26,942 nt of DNA from Paraphysomonas bandaiensis. Taxonomy: Eukaryota; Protista; Chrysophyceae. The notes under the pieces are model-generated. The model saw only the letters and a list, made by a program, of their open reading frames with translations. It was not told the DNA's origin and did not search any database. The stretch lies in assembly GCA_965644295.1 (NCBI GenBank), contig CBFFRP010000027.1, positions 1 to 26,942 on the forward strand. Direction: 5' to 3'. The position numbers and the translations under genes are program-made. Shown in pieces: positions 11,519-24,227 of this stretch; position 1 is the first letter of the stretch, and each line of letters begins with the position of its first letter.

Positions 11519-12236
11519 AGTTCTTCGAATGCAAGACAACAATAAAGATGTAATCACAGAAGTGCCATGTAATCTAAGGACCGCGTGTGTCCACTATGCT
11601 GGAACAAGCATCTATAACGACTCCCACACCAGCCTGTTTACTAGACCTGCTGTGCTATATGTTGGGCTTACACAAATTCAAGGGCGCAGTCGTACACTGG
11701 CACTGTATACCCTGCTGTCGTTTCGGAAATTAGATCCAAGAATGACAACTAGAGCTAGTAATAAACTGCACACCTACAGCAGCGTTCTGTGAGTAGAATA
11801 TTGGACGGGAAACATCTGTGGTGTTGTTCTATGCCTGTACAGTATGTATATATATTCGTATCGCATGTGAAGAGAGTTCGTAGCTATAGTAACGACAGCC
11901 AGCACGTATACCATACACACTTACAGCGCATTCTCGATATATCGCGGAAAGTGTCCTGGAGAGGAAATCGCGATATATCGCAATATCGCGATATACAATT
12001 TAATAGTAAAATACAGCACTGTATTCCGCAAAGTCATAGAGAACAAGTTTAAGGAGCTTAAGACTGTGCAATATATCCACAATGTCGTGTCTGTATAGCA
12101 TAGTACTCCTTGTACTGAATGGCACATGCAAAGAATTTGTGAAATAAGTTACTAATATATCATTATTTATGGAATTTATGGTATTCAATTTCTTAACACA
12201 CTTACTACATTCCTAGCTAACAATAAGATAAAATTA

Positions 12237-12570
12237 TTAAATTTCATGGACTTCAGAACCTTTAGTACGTGCTGAAAAAAACTGATGCAGAGAAGTTTGT
12301 ACCTTAGAATGATTCTTGTGCCTTTCTGTATGAATATTATTCTGCACTTTTCTGAGGAGCTCAATATGCGCTGTTGAATGCCCCTCCTGGGTAGCATAAT
12401 CGAGTAACATTAAAACAGCATTGTCGGCTTGCACAGCAGTAATAGCACTATCATTTCCATTGGTGTTAATACAATCATCCTCGTCATCGTCATCGCCTTC
12501 GTCCTCTAAAGACATTGACTGCTGAAGTGCAGTGATACTGCTCTTATTTGTTCTTCATTATGTCTCATTA
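12237..12570 (-). pseudogene. C-terminal remnant of a pogo-like transposase
   Basis: NEEQIRAV (frameshift) SLEDEGDDDDEDD...LMLLDYA...KVQTSLHQFF: an acidic stretch followed by a QxxLxxFF PIP-box-like tail as in pogo/Tigger transposases. No DDE or HTH domain is visible. Confidence 0.6.
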
Positions 12571-13290
12571 TAATAAAGAATTGATCTTTATAATAGTAAA
12601 ACAATGTTGTGATTATTAGAGTGTTAGTAATGAACACGATAGAGTGAAAATTATGAATAACAATATAGAACATAGCAATATTCAACCTATGTTGTACAGA
12701 TGGTATGTACAAACTTAAGCATATACAATAGAGAGCTCATACAGCATAAAATAACCTGATAGCTGGTTCTTACACGCATTAAGGTTTCCGTAAATTGAAT
12801 TATTAGTACTTGTCTTATAATGTCACTTGATAATGAAACCCTACTGCTTAACCAATTAAAAGTTTTCTCATACTCATCCTCTGTATCAAAGTTTGACATT
12901 ATACGAGAAGTATTAACTTAACAACAGAAGGTAAATATCCCCCAGTGCATTTTCCTTAGTGTACTCTTCAGTGCCAAACATGTCTCCGCCTTTTTCGGCT
13001 TTTGCCCAAGTTTCAATCAGGTGTCCAAGTGTTGATATTTGTGAACTCCATGCATTCTCAGGGAATGACTCCAGAATGGTCTCATGAGCCTCCTGTTATT
13101 GAGGGTATGTAACGAAGAAATTTCTCAATAACAGGTATTCGAAGTTCTTGCAGCACGCGACATTGAATATCATGAGACATATATCCTTCTTATGAGCAGA
13201 CGTCCTTCGATGAGAGAAAAAGACTCTTGCGCATCATTACATTTCATCCTCAGGTAAGGATTCCAAATTTTACCCCCCCACTCTCTCTCC

Positions 13291-13410
13291 AGGGTAAGCA
13301 TTTTGGTAAGCATTTTCAAAAACTTACCCCGAAAATGCTTACCAGGGCAAACAGAAATTGATTTTCGGCGTATTTTGGTAAGGAATGCTTACCAAAAAAA
13401 TGCTTACCCT
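13291..13410. repeat. Small foldback/MITE-like module of GGTAAGCATT motifs nested in the pogo element
   Basis: AGGGTAAGCATTTTGGTAAGCATT (13291-13314) is inverted at 13384-13410, differing in A-run length. Five exact GGTAAGCATT/AATGCTTACC copies plus variants at 13253 and 13377. No TSD seen. Confidence 0.65.
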
Positions 13411-13898
13411 TGTAACAGAAAATGACCTCAGTTTTCCATTATAATTATGTGTGATGAAGTGTCCTGGACCAAAATCCGCGATATAAAAGGGTATCGCGAT
13501 ATACATACCGCGATATATCGAGAATGCGCTGTATACAGCCCGTACATCGTCATCAGCAGCTCTGCGACTCGACCCCATTCGGACCCATAGAATACAGCCT
13601 GTAGAAAAGTGTATACCATGGTATTCCTCATATGTGAATTTTCTCCCACTTCGACTTCTTCATGGTGTTCTTGACCATATATACATATGCATACAGGTAC
13701 ACACTGCTAAAGTATGCAATGTCCGGTATGTGTATCAATATATGGACCGGGTGAAGTATTCCATAGTGAGGTCTCGTGTGTGAGTGTCTGTGCTTATATA
13801 TAGCCATACTCTGCAGCAGCTCTCCTATTCACCTCAAGAAGCGATATTCAAGAGAAATATTACTGCATCGCTAAGCTGCTTCATTCACTCGAATAACC

Positions 13899-16825
13899 AT
13901 GCACGGAATTCGTGTAAGCCCTCAGCATCTGGCTGAATTACAGTTCCAAAGAGACCGTATTCGCAACATATGTATCGTGGCTCATATTGACCATGGAAAG
14001 ACAACGTACTCACCTTCACTCACGCTGCTGTGTCTCATATTGTTTTCTTGCAGGTTGGCTGACAGTTTGGTGTCCTCTAACGGCATCATCAGTCCTAAGA
14101 TGGCGGGGAAGTTGAGGTATCTGGATAGCACGTAAGTGTTGTGGAGTTCGTGGACTCATCAACTAATAGTATGTGTGGTCGTGGTAACGTGCAGCGAAGA
14201 TGAGCAGCAACGGGGAATCACTATGCATTCATCTGCTATTTCTCTCATGTATAGCCTTGAACCAATGTCTCATATTGTTGACGAGAAGCATTCAGAGAAT
14301 TCCCAAGTTACTGATTATTTAATTAATCTGATCGACTCACCTGGTCATATTGACTTTTCATCAGATGTATCAACGGCAACGCGCCTGTGTGATGGTGCCC
14401 TGATATTAGTAGATGTCCTTGAAGGTGTGTGTTCTCAGGTGAGTTGGCAATTGTAACACATCATTTTCTATCCCAACACATCCGTTTTTGTTGTGATTGA
14501 AATAGACACACGCTTTGTTATACAAGGCCATGAAAGATCGTTTGCATCCATGCTTGGTGTTAAATAAGGTAAGGTGAACCTCCATACGAACATGAGATGA
14601 CTCATTGAATGTTGTGCTTTGTAGATTGACCGGCTCATTACTGAGCTCAAGCTGACTCCTTTAGAAGCATTTCAACATTTACGCCGAGTGTTAGAACGCG
14701 TCAACGCTCTCGCTTCAACTCTACTGACTTCTGAATTGCGCACTTCTTCAATGCAAAGGACAGTTGAAGGTGCTGATAGGACAGGGGATACCGAGGACCA
14801 CCCTCTGGTAGAAGTTTGGTCCTTTGCACCTGAGAAGGGAAACGTCGTGTTTTCAAGTGCCATGGACTGCTGGGGGTTCGGGATCGGACGATTTGCTCTA
14901 TATTGGGCCAAGAAGCTATCCCTCAACAAGGCGGTGCTTCAGAAGCACATGTTCGACGATTACGCCTATATTCCATCAACCAAGAAGATTGTTAAAATTG
15001 ACACCCATTCCTCTACAGCTAAACCTATGTTTGTGTCAATGATATTGGAGCCTCTCTGGCAGATGTATGACGTCACTCTTGTGCAACAGAACGGCGAAAA
15101 GGCAGCAAAGATGGCAAAGCGAGCGGTATGTGTTGAATGTTTCCTTATGTTCGCTAAATGCAAGAAGTAGCTTGGTGTAGAGATAACATCTAGAGAAGCT
15201 GCGGCAAAATCAGGAGCAGGAGGTCTTAGGGGCACGTTGCAGGCAATAATGCGGAAGTGGATACCCTTGTCTGATGCTATATTGCGTATGGTGGTGCGAT
15301 GTGTTCCTAATCCTGCTACAGCGCAAGCAGAGAAGATTGATAACCTCTTCCCGACGGCAGTGCACGGTTAGTAGGCACGTTTCTCAGATTTGTGTGTATT
15401 CTCACCACGATGTGCTTTAGCTCTAACGTCAGTGCCATCGTCTGTACCGGATGTCGTCAGGAGTACTGTAGCAAACGTTCAGCGAAGTATTCAAGAGTGC
15501 TCTTGCTTTAACGAGGAGATGGACAGTGAAGTTTTCATGCTAGTTGCGAAGATGATCCCGGTTAAGGTTGCCGATCTCTCTCCGGTGGATTCTGCCTTTA
15601 TCCGTTCCAGTGGTGCTGACGATCCAGATCGAAGCGGTGGTGACAATAATTCCGGAGAAGAAACATTTCTCGCACTCTGCCGGGTTTTCTCTGGTACACT
15701 GCGCAGTCATGAATCCCGACGACTATACTCTATAGGATACAGGCACAATCCCTTCGATCCTGCTTGTTTTGAATCTGAAAAATCTGAAACGGTGAGGGAG
15801 GTCGATCACCCGGAATCTATAGGTCTCTATATGTGTCTTGGACCTTCCGTCGTGCCTGTAGATGTGGTACCAGCAGGCAATGTAGTTGCTGTGTTTGGCT
15901 TGCACGAATACATTTTAAAGTCAGGATCGGTGTGCACCTCACCCCACGCCTTCCCTATGTCGGCGATTACATTCCAGGCGAAACCTATGCTTAGAGTGGC
16001 CGTGGAACCTGCCCACCACCACAACCTCCGCAAAGTTGAGGACGGTATGCAGAAGCTGTATCAATACGACCCAGCCGTAGAGGTGTGATTCGGTATCTTG
16101 TCTAATGCATATATCCTCATAGTGCGCAGATTGGCATCGGAGATAGTGGGCAGAGCACATTAAGTTGTTTGGGTGAGCTACATCTGGAGCTCTGTCTTAA
16201 GGCATTGAGGGAGAGATTTGCAAAGTAATCCATACGCCGTGACTTGCCCAATGCCTGACTGTCTCATAGGTGTGAGATAATAGCATCGGAGCCACTGGTT
16301 CAGTTCCGCGAGACAATATGCAGTGGAGACACTACCACCTTTTCTGGTGCTGCCTCACTTCCTCCTCCCTGGAAGGATACCCCAGGACTTCGGGATGCTA
16401 AACAGGGATTGTATCGTATGGTGATGAGTGCGGGACGACTGGCAGTCACTCTACGTGCCTTTTCCATGCCTCGAGGAGCTGTGCGCCTCTTAGACCCAGA
16501 TGTATGTCCGGAATCTACTTTGTTGAGGGATGTTATTCATGAAATAGATATCATCCGTGGATCTGGTAGTGATCTTCGGCTAGGGGAAGCTTTTCATGAG
16601 TTTTGGGGCAAACTTACAGACGCTCTTGCATGCGATGACGAGGTGGGAGCAACAGACATGTGCCTCCATCACAGTGAGGAGGATGGGTGGGGACTAGAAG
16701 GGGATCTACTTCATCGCATTAGTAAAGGTAATACTAACCTTCCTCTGTCAGGAGATAATCCACTATTCGATGATGCTAGGACGACATTCAGTTGGACCGG
16801 AGGGGTTGATGTGTCCACAGCTTGA
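13899..16825 (+). pseudogene. EFL1: 3'-truncated duplicate of EFL1/RIA1, fused at 16719/16720 to 34 codons of antisense RING sequence
   Basis: Matches the intact copy up to ...DLLHRI, then reads SKGNTNLPLSGDNPLFDDARTTFSWTGGVDVSTA* (TGA 16823-16825). Lacks the rest of domain IV and all of domain V. Confidence 0.88.
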
Positions 16826-16905
16826 GAAAAACTCAATGTTGAGTTTCTCGATTGCTGGGTACTTGTTGTTCGCTGTTTCCTAATACGGCTGGCCCCAGAG
16901 CCCAT
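16720..16905 (-). pseudogene. Orphan duplicate of RING gene exon 1 plus its splice donor (acceptor lost)
   Basis: MGSGASRIRK...PDRG starts at ATG 16905, with the donor GTTAGT at 16738. The intron is cut by the junction and the unspliced frame stops at 16711. Confidence 0.85.
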
Positions 16906-17310
16906 AGTTCTTCGAATGCAAGACAACAATAAAGATGTAATCACAGAAGTGCCATGTAATCTAAGGACCGCGTGTGTCCACTATGCTGGAACAAGCATCT
17001 ATAACGACTCCCACACCAGCCTGTTTACTAGACCTGCTGTGCTATATGTTGGGCTTACACAAATTCAAGGGCGCAGTCGTACACTGGCACTGTATACCCT
17101 GCTGTCGTTTCGGAAATTAGATCCAAGAATGACAACTAGAGCTAGTAATAAACTGCACACCTACAGCAGCGTTCTGTGAGTAGAATATTGGACGGGAAAC
17201 ATCTGTGGTGTTGTTCTATGCCTGTACAGTATGTATATATATTCGTATCGCATGTGAAGAGAGTTCGTAGCTATAGTAACGACAGCCAGCACGTATACCA
17301 TACACACTTA

Positions 17311-18918
17311 CAGCGCATTCTCGATATATCGCGGAAAGTGTCCTGGAGAGGAAATCGCGATATATCGCAATATCGCGATATACAATTTAATAGTAAAATA
17401 CAGCACTGTATTCCGCAAAGTCATAGAGAACAAGTTTAAGGAGCTTAAGACTGTGCAATATATCCACAATGTCGTGTCTGTATAGCATAGTACTCCTTGT
17501 ACTGAATGGCACATGCAAAGAATTTGTGAAATAAGTTACTAATATATCATTATTTATGGAATTTATGGTATTCAATTTCTTAACACACTTACTACATTCC
17601 TAGCTAACAATAAGATAAAATTATTAAATTTCATGGACTTCAGAACCTTTAGTACGTGCTGAAAAAAACTGATGCAGAGAAGTTTGTACCTTAGAATGAT
17701 TCTTGTGCCTTTCTGTATGAATATTATTCTGCACTTTTCTGAGGAGCTCAATATGCGCTGTTGAATGCCCCTCCTGGGTAGCATAATCGAGTAACATTAA
17801 AACAGCATTGTCGGCTTGCACAGCAGTAATAGCACTATCATTTCCATTGGTGTTAATACAATCATCCTCGTCATCGTCATCGCCTTCGTCCTCTAAAGAC
17901 ATTGACTGCTGAAGTGCAGTGATACTGCTCTTATTTGTTCTTCATTATGTCTCATTATAATAAAGAATTGATCTTTATAATAGTAAAACAATGTTGTGAT
18001 TATTAGAGTGTTAGTAATGAACACGATAGAGTGAAAATTATGAATAACAATATAGAACATAGCAATATTCAACCTATGTTGTACAGATGGTATGTACAAA
18101 CTTAAGCATATACAATAGAGAGCTCATACAGCATAAAATAACCTGATAGCTGGTTCTTACACGCATTAAGGTTTCCGTAAATTGAATTATTAGTACTTGT
18201 CTTATAATGTCACTTGATAATGAAACCCTACTGCTTAACCAATTAAAAGTTTTCTCATACTCATCCTCTGTATCAAAGTTTGACATTATACGAGAAGTAT
18301 TAACTTAACAACAGAAGGTAAATATCCCCCAGTGCATTTTCCTTAGTGTACTCTTCAGTGCCAAACATGTCTCCGCCTTTTTCGGCTTTTGCCCAAGTTT
18401 CAATCAGGTGTCCAAGTGTTGATATTTGTGAACTCCATGCATTCTCAGGGAATGACTCCAGAATGGTCTCATGAGCCTCCTGTTATTGAGGGTATGTAAC
18501 GAAGAAATTTCTCAATAACAGGTATTCGAAGTTCTTGCAGCACGCGACATTGAATATCATGAGACATATATCCTTCTTATGAGCAGACGTCCTTCGATGA
18601 GAGAAAAAGACTCTTGCGCATCATTACATTTCATCCTCAGGTAAGGATTCCAAATTTTACCCCCCCACTCTCTCTCCAGGGTAAGCATTTTGGTAAGCAT
18701 TTTCAAAAACTTACCCCGAAAATGCTTACCAGGGCAAACAGAAATTGATTTTCGGCGTATTTTGGTAAGGAATGCTTACCAAAAAAATGCTTACCCTTGT
18801 AACAGAAAATGACCTCAGTTTTCCATTATAATTATGTGTGATGAAGTGTCCTGGACCAAAATCCGCGATATAAAAGGGTATCGCGATATACATACCGCGA
18901 TATATCGAGAATGCGCTG
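17311..18918 (-). mobile_element. Second copy of the pogo-like element, copied with the segmental duplication rather than transposed
   Basis: Same TIRs, TA TSD and identical flanks at +5387. Confidence 0.92.
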
Positions 18919-19285
18919 TATACAGCCCGTACATCGTCATCAGCAGCTCTGCGACTCGACCCCATTCGGACCCATAGAATACAGCCTGTAGAAAAGTGTA
19001 TACCATGGTATTCCTCATATGTGAATTTTCTCCCACTTCGACTTCTTCATGGTGTTCTTGACCATATATACATATGCATACAGGTACACACTGCTAAAGT
19101 ATGCAATGTCCGGTATGTGTATCAATATATGGACCGGGTGAAGTATTCCATAGTGAGGTCTCGTGTGTGAGTGTCTGTGCTTATATATAGCCATACTCTG
19201 CAGCAGCTCTCCTATTCACCTCAAGAAGCGATATTCAAGAGAAATATTACTGCATCGCTAAGCTGCTTCATTCACTCGAATAACC

Positions 19286-22200
19286 ATGCACGGAATTCGT
19301 GTAAGCCCTCAGCATCTGGCTGAATTACAGTTCCAAAGAGACCGTATTCGCAACATATGTATCGTGGCTCATATTGACCATGGAAAGACAACGTACTCAC
19401 CTTCACTCACGCTGCTGTGTCTCATATTGTTTTCTTGCAGGTTGGCTGACAGTTTGGTGTCCTCTAACGGCATCATCAGTCCTAAGATGGCGGGGAAGTT
19501 GAGGTATCTGGATAGCACGTAAGTGTTGTGGAGTTCGTGGACTCATCAACTAATAGTATGTGTGGTCGTGGTAACGTGCAGCGAAGATGAGCAGCAACGG
19601 GGAATCACTATGCATTCATCTGCTATTTCTCTCATGTATAGCCTTGAACCAATGTCTCATATTGTTGACGAGAAGCATTCAGAGAATTCCCAAGTTACTG
19701 ATTATTTAATTAATCTGATCGACTCACCTGGTCATATTGACTTTTCATCAGATGTATCAACGGCAACGCGCCTGTGTGATGGTGCCCTGATATTAGTAGA
19801 TGTCCTTGAAGGTGTGTGTTCTCAGGTGAGTTGGCAATTGTAACACATCATTTTCTATCCCAACACATCCGTTTTTGTTGTGATTGAAATAGACACACGC
19901 TTTGTTATACAAGGCCATGAAAGATCGTTTGCATCCATGCTTGGTGTTAAATAAGGTAAGGTGAACCTCCATACGAACATGAGATGACTCATTGAATGTT
20001 GTGCTTTGTAGATTGACCGGCTCATTACTGAGCTCAAGCTGACTCCTTTAGAAGCATTTCAACATTTACGCCGAGTGTTAGAACGCGTCAACGCTCTCGC
20101 TTCAACTCTACTGACTTCTGAATTGCGCACTTCTTCAATGCAAAGGACAGTTGAAGGTGCTGATAGGACAGGGGATACCGAGGACCACCCTCTGGTAGAA
20201 GTTTGGTCCTTTGCACCTGAGAAGGGAAACGTCGTGTTTTCAAGTGCCATGGACTGCTGGGGGTTCGGGATCGGACGATTTGCTCTATATTGGGCCAAGA
20301 AGCTATCCCTCAACAAGGCGGTGCTTCAGAAGCACATGTTCGACGATTACGCCTATATTCCATCAACCAAGAAGATTGTTAAAATTGACACCCATTCCTC
20401 TACAGCTAAACCTATGTTTGTGTCAATGATATTGGAGCCTCTCTGGCAGATGTATGACGTCACTCTTGTGCAACAGAACGGCGAAAAGGCAGCAAAGATG
20501 GCAAAGCGAGCGGTATGTGTTGAATGTTTCCTTATGTTCGCTAAATGCAAGAAGTAGCTTGGTGTAGAGATAACATCTAGAGAAGCTGCGGCAAAATCAG
20601 GAGCAGGAGGTCTTAGGGGCACGTTGCAGGCAATAATGCGGAAGTGGATACCCTTGTCTGATGCTATATTGCGTATGGTGGTGCGATGTGTTCCTAATCC
20701 TGCTACAGCGCAAGCAGAGAAGATTGATAACCTCTTCCCGACGGCAGTGCACGGTTAGTAGGCACGTTTCTCAGATTTGTGTGTATTCTCACCACGATGT
20801 GCTTTAGCTCTAACGTCAGTGCCATCGTCTGTACCGGATGTCGTCAGGAGTACTGTAGCAAACGTTCAGCGAAGTATTCAAGAGTGCTCTTGCTTTAACG
20901 AGGAGATGGACAGTGAAGTTTTCATGCTAGTTGCGAAGATGATCCCGGTTAAGGTTGCCGATCTCTCTCCGGTGGATTCTGCCTTTATCCGTTCCAGTGG
21001 TGCTGACGATCCAGATCGAAGCGGTGGTGACAATAATTCCGGAGAAGAAACATTTCTCGCACTCTGCCGGGTTTTCTCTGGTACACTGCGCAGTCATGAA
21101 TCCCGACGACTATACTCTATAGGATACAGGCACAATCCCTTCGATCCTGCTTGTTTTGAATCTGAAAAATCTGAAACGGTGAGGGAGGTCGATCACCCGG
21201 AATCTATAGGTCTCTATATGTGTCTTGGACCTTCCGTCGTGCCTGTAGATGTGGTACCAGCAGGCAATGTAGTTGCTGTGTTTGGCTTGCACGAATACAT
21301 TTTAAAGTCAGGATCGGTGTGCACCTCACCCCACGCCTTCCCTATGTCGGCGATTACATTCCAGGCGAAACCTATGCTTAGAGTGGCCGTGGAACCTGCC
21401 CACCACCACAACCTCCGCAAAGTTGAGGACGGTATGCAGAAGCTGTATCAATACGACCCAGCCGTAGAGGTGTGATTCGGTATCTTGTCTAATGCATATA
21501 TCCTCATAGTGCGCAGATTGGCATCGGAGATAGTGGGCAGAGCACATTAAGTTGTTTGGGTGAGCTACATCTGGAGCTCTGTCTTAAGGCATTGAGGGAG
21601 AGATTTGCAAAGTAATCCATACGCCGTGACTTGCCCAATGCCTGACTGTCTCATAGGTGTGAGATAATAGCATCGGAGCCACTGGTTCAGTTCCGCGAGA
21701 CAATATGCAGTGGAGACACTACCACCTTTTCTGGTGCTGCCTCACTTCCTCCTCCCTGGAAGGATACCCCAGGACTTCGGGATGCTAAACAGGGATTGTA
21801 TCGTATGGTGATGAGTGCGGGACGACTGGCAGTCACTCTACGTGCCTTTTCCATGCCTCGAGGAGCTGTGCGCCTCTTAGACCCAGATGTATGTCCGGAA
21901 TCTACTTTGTTGAGGGATGTTATTCATGAAATAGATATCATCCGTGGATCTGGTAGTGATCTTCGGCTAGGGGAAGCTTTTCATGAGTTTTGGGGCAAAC
22001 TTACAGACGCTCTTGCATGCGATGACGAGGTGGGAGCAACAGACATGTGCCTCCATCACAGTGAGGAGGATGGGTGGGGACTAGAAGGGGATCTACTTCA
22101 TCGCATATTGAGCATAGGTCCTAATGGATGTGGTCCTAATATTCTCATTCAAGCCCCCGAATGTTGTATTGACATCACTTCAGATTACGTGCAGTCCGAG

Positions 22201-23089
22201 GAAAACGTGAGCATAAGAAAACGTGTGTTTATCAATATGATTTTGGGTGCAGGCAGACGAAAACTCGGAGGCTGTGGAAAATATCACAAACGACTCTACG
22301 GAACACAGTACTCGCACTCTATGTTCCCTCTCTGCGCTCTCATGCCCCGGGCTCTATCAGCGAGTCTTGAGCAGAATTAGGGGTGCCCTGACAACTGGCT
22401 TCCAGATCATCTGTGGCAGTGGACCACTCATGTCGGAGCCTCTTCGCGGAGTTTGCTTTGCAGTGGAGCGGGTAGAAATATCGCGGCACGTCTGTGGTCT
22501 CACGGAGGAGGATATGTCACACGTAATTGTGTCCGCATCCAGCGCTCCGGAGTCGCATGGCGACGATCCTGGGATCGTACCTGCTGTTCTCTCCGCAGGC
22601 CAGCTGATATCTGATGTAAAGGATGCCTTGAAGGTGTGTCTTCTAAGTTCGCCTCTGCGAGTCGTGGAGCCCCTCTACAAGTGTTCTATACAGTGTGACC
22701 AGCTCCAGCTAGGTAACCTATATTCTGTTCTATCGAAACGTCGCGCAGAAGTTGTAGAAGAGGATATTATTGAAGGAACTTCCCTCTTCCTTCTTGCTGT
22801 TATCATTCCTGTAGTCGATGCTTTTGGCTTCGCTCAAGAATTATTGAAGAAGACTTCTGGAAGTGGCACTGCCCCTCAACTATTTTTCCACGACTGGAGT
22901 ATTATAGACGTAGACCCATTCTGGAAGCCGACGACTGCAGAAGAACTGGAGAATCATGGAGATGTCGTAGTTGACCATAACCTGCCAAGACAATTTATTG
23001 ATAGCGTTAGAAAGCGCAAGGGACTGGCTGTAGAAGAGAAAATAGTTGTACATGCAGAAAAACAGAGAACTCTCACTAGAAACAAGTAG
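19286..23089 (+). CDS. EFL1: Elongation factor-like GTPase 1 (EFL1/RIA1/EFTUD1), 60S maturation factor; intact, multi-exon
   Basis: [16 protein letters not shown]|LADSL (G1), RYLDST|[39 protein letters not shown] (G3), LNK|[10 protein letters not shown] (G4), [18 protein letters not shown], and the EFL1-type ending [13 protein letters not shown]...[26 protein letters not shown]. Confidence 0.96.
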
Positions 23090-23379
23090 ATTTGAATTTC
23101 TCACCATGTGTGTATCAATAGGGATAGAAGTATAGATTGAAAATGGGTAGGAACTATAATAGTGTTGTTATTTTCATAAAACTTTGAGAATGATGTACTA
23201 ACAGTCTTCTTCTCTACGTTCTGGTCAAGTTCGAGTGGAATTGCGCAAACCTAACGGGCCCACCCTAATACGTTTGGATTATAGTTAATTAGTTAATTAT
23301 CTTGCTGTGATATCGTGACAATTACAACTGCAGTTGTTGTGGTTCTTAACAAGTGATGTTAAATCATTATAGTTTGCTA

Positions 23380-24227
23380 CAGGGCTAGGAAACAATATAT
23401 TGCAATACTATTGTTAGAGAGCGTTCCAACTATATTATTGATGGAGATTTTAAAAGACCCAACAATACAATTACAATATATTGCAATATATTAGTATGAC
23501 TAATCAGTAAGTAAACACATCCGTAGATTCTATTTTTAGTATTTGTCATTAAGATCACATGACAACCAAACCAACAACTGCTTATAGCTAATAAAAATCC
23601 ACCTCGTCCTCATCCTCTGAGCCATCATCGGTGACGTCAACATCACCATATTCATTCACAGAATTAAGTCAAATACGGTAGTATCCCGCCACAACTGTCT
23701 AATAGGTTTCAGAAACAACAGCATATTAAGTAGGATGGATACTTTCAAGCAACACTGATATAATATGTTTAGCTGCGCTGAACAGACGTTCCCATGTATT
23801 GGAAGTAGTACATACCAGGTCTTGGTAACCGTTAATGACTCGTGGACCTGTACGTTTCTTAATTTTTTGAGCTGCCTGACGATTTTATTCGCATATAGTC
23901 AACATCAGCTTCATCATCCTTTGTAATGTTGTAAAGTCTATAGACATAAACTAGTTTCTGTACGCAACCGTACTCCTGTAATAATCAGACTTTCATATAT
24001 GTAATGTTGTAATCAATTTCTCGGTTATTTATATTCATTTTGCACCCTACAGTTGAGAATCTTCGCTTATATGACTATCATAATATTGATTGCAATATAT
24101 TGCAATATATTGTGAGATACTATAACAGAAACAATATTGATGGGATTTTTGGCCGGTCGACCAATCAATATATTTTACAATACATTGCACAATGAATTGC
24201 AATTCTATATATTGTTTCCTAGCCCTG
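23380..24227 (-). mobile_element. Non-autonomous hAT transposon (848 bp)
   Basis: 21-bp TIRs CAGGGCTAGGAAACAATATAT (23380-23400 / 24207-24227) and a perfect 8-bp TSD GTTTGCTA (23372-79, 24228-35). Subterminal CAATATATTG repeats. Minus-strand remnant TTSNTWERLFSAAKHII...NMLLFLK (hAT dimerisation motif, ~23810-23705) and an acidic tail DDGSEDEDEVDFY*. Confidence 0.93.

Larger units (their letters stand above)
11924..13531 (-). mobile_element. Non-autonomous Tc1/mariner-superfamily (pogo/Tigger-like) DNA transposon, 1,608 bp
   Basis: Perfect 24-bp TIRs CAGCGCATTCTCGATATATCGCGG (11924-11947 / 13508-13531) and TA target duplication (11922-23, 13532-33). Subterminal CGCGATATA motifs, and AAGTGTCCTGGA as a direct repeat at 11949 and 13457. 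Confidence 0.92.
11333..16719 (+). repeat. Tandem segmental duplication, copy 1 (5,387 bp)
   Basis: Every ORF lying inside the segment recurs unchanged at +5387. Identity starts at T11333 (G11332 differs from T16719). Confidence 0.97.
16720..22106 (+). repeat. Tandem segmental duplication, copy 2 (5,387 bp)
   Basis: Junction ...TCATCGCAT|TAGTAAAGGT. Identity ends at T22106 (A22107 differs from T16720). Confidence 0.97.

Noticed and set aside
11529-12188. Short ORFs upstream of the RING gene and across the pogo left end (and their copies at +5387)
   Set aside because: They cross a transposon boundary or lie in promoter DNA with no domain signal. Their recurrence is due only to the duplication.
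17311-18918. Two identical pogo copies as evidence of recent transposition or as the cause of the duplication
   Set aside because: The flanks are identical and the breakpoints lie ~590 bp and ~3.2 kb from the TIRs, so the element was copied passively.
19286-23089. Annotation as eEF2 or Snu114
   Set aside because: The C-terminal DPFW...[19 protein letters not shown] motif is EFL1-type. I saw no eEF2 diphthamide motif and no Snu114 acidic N-terminal extension.
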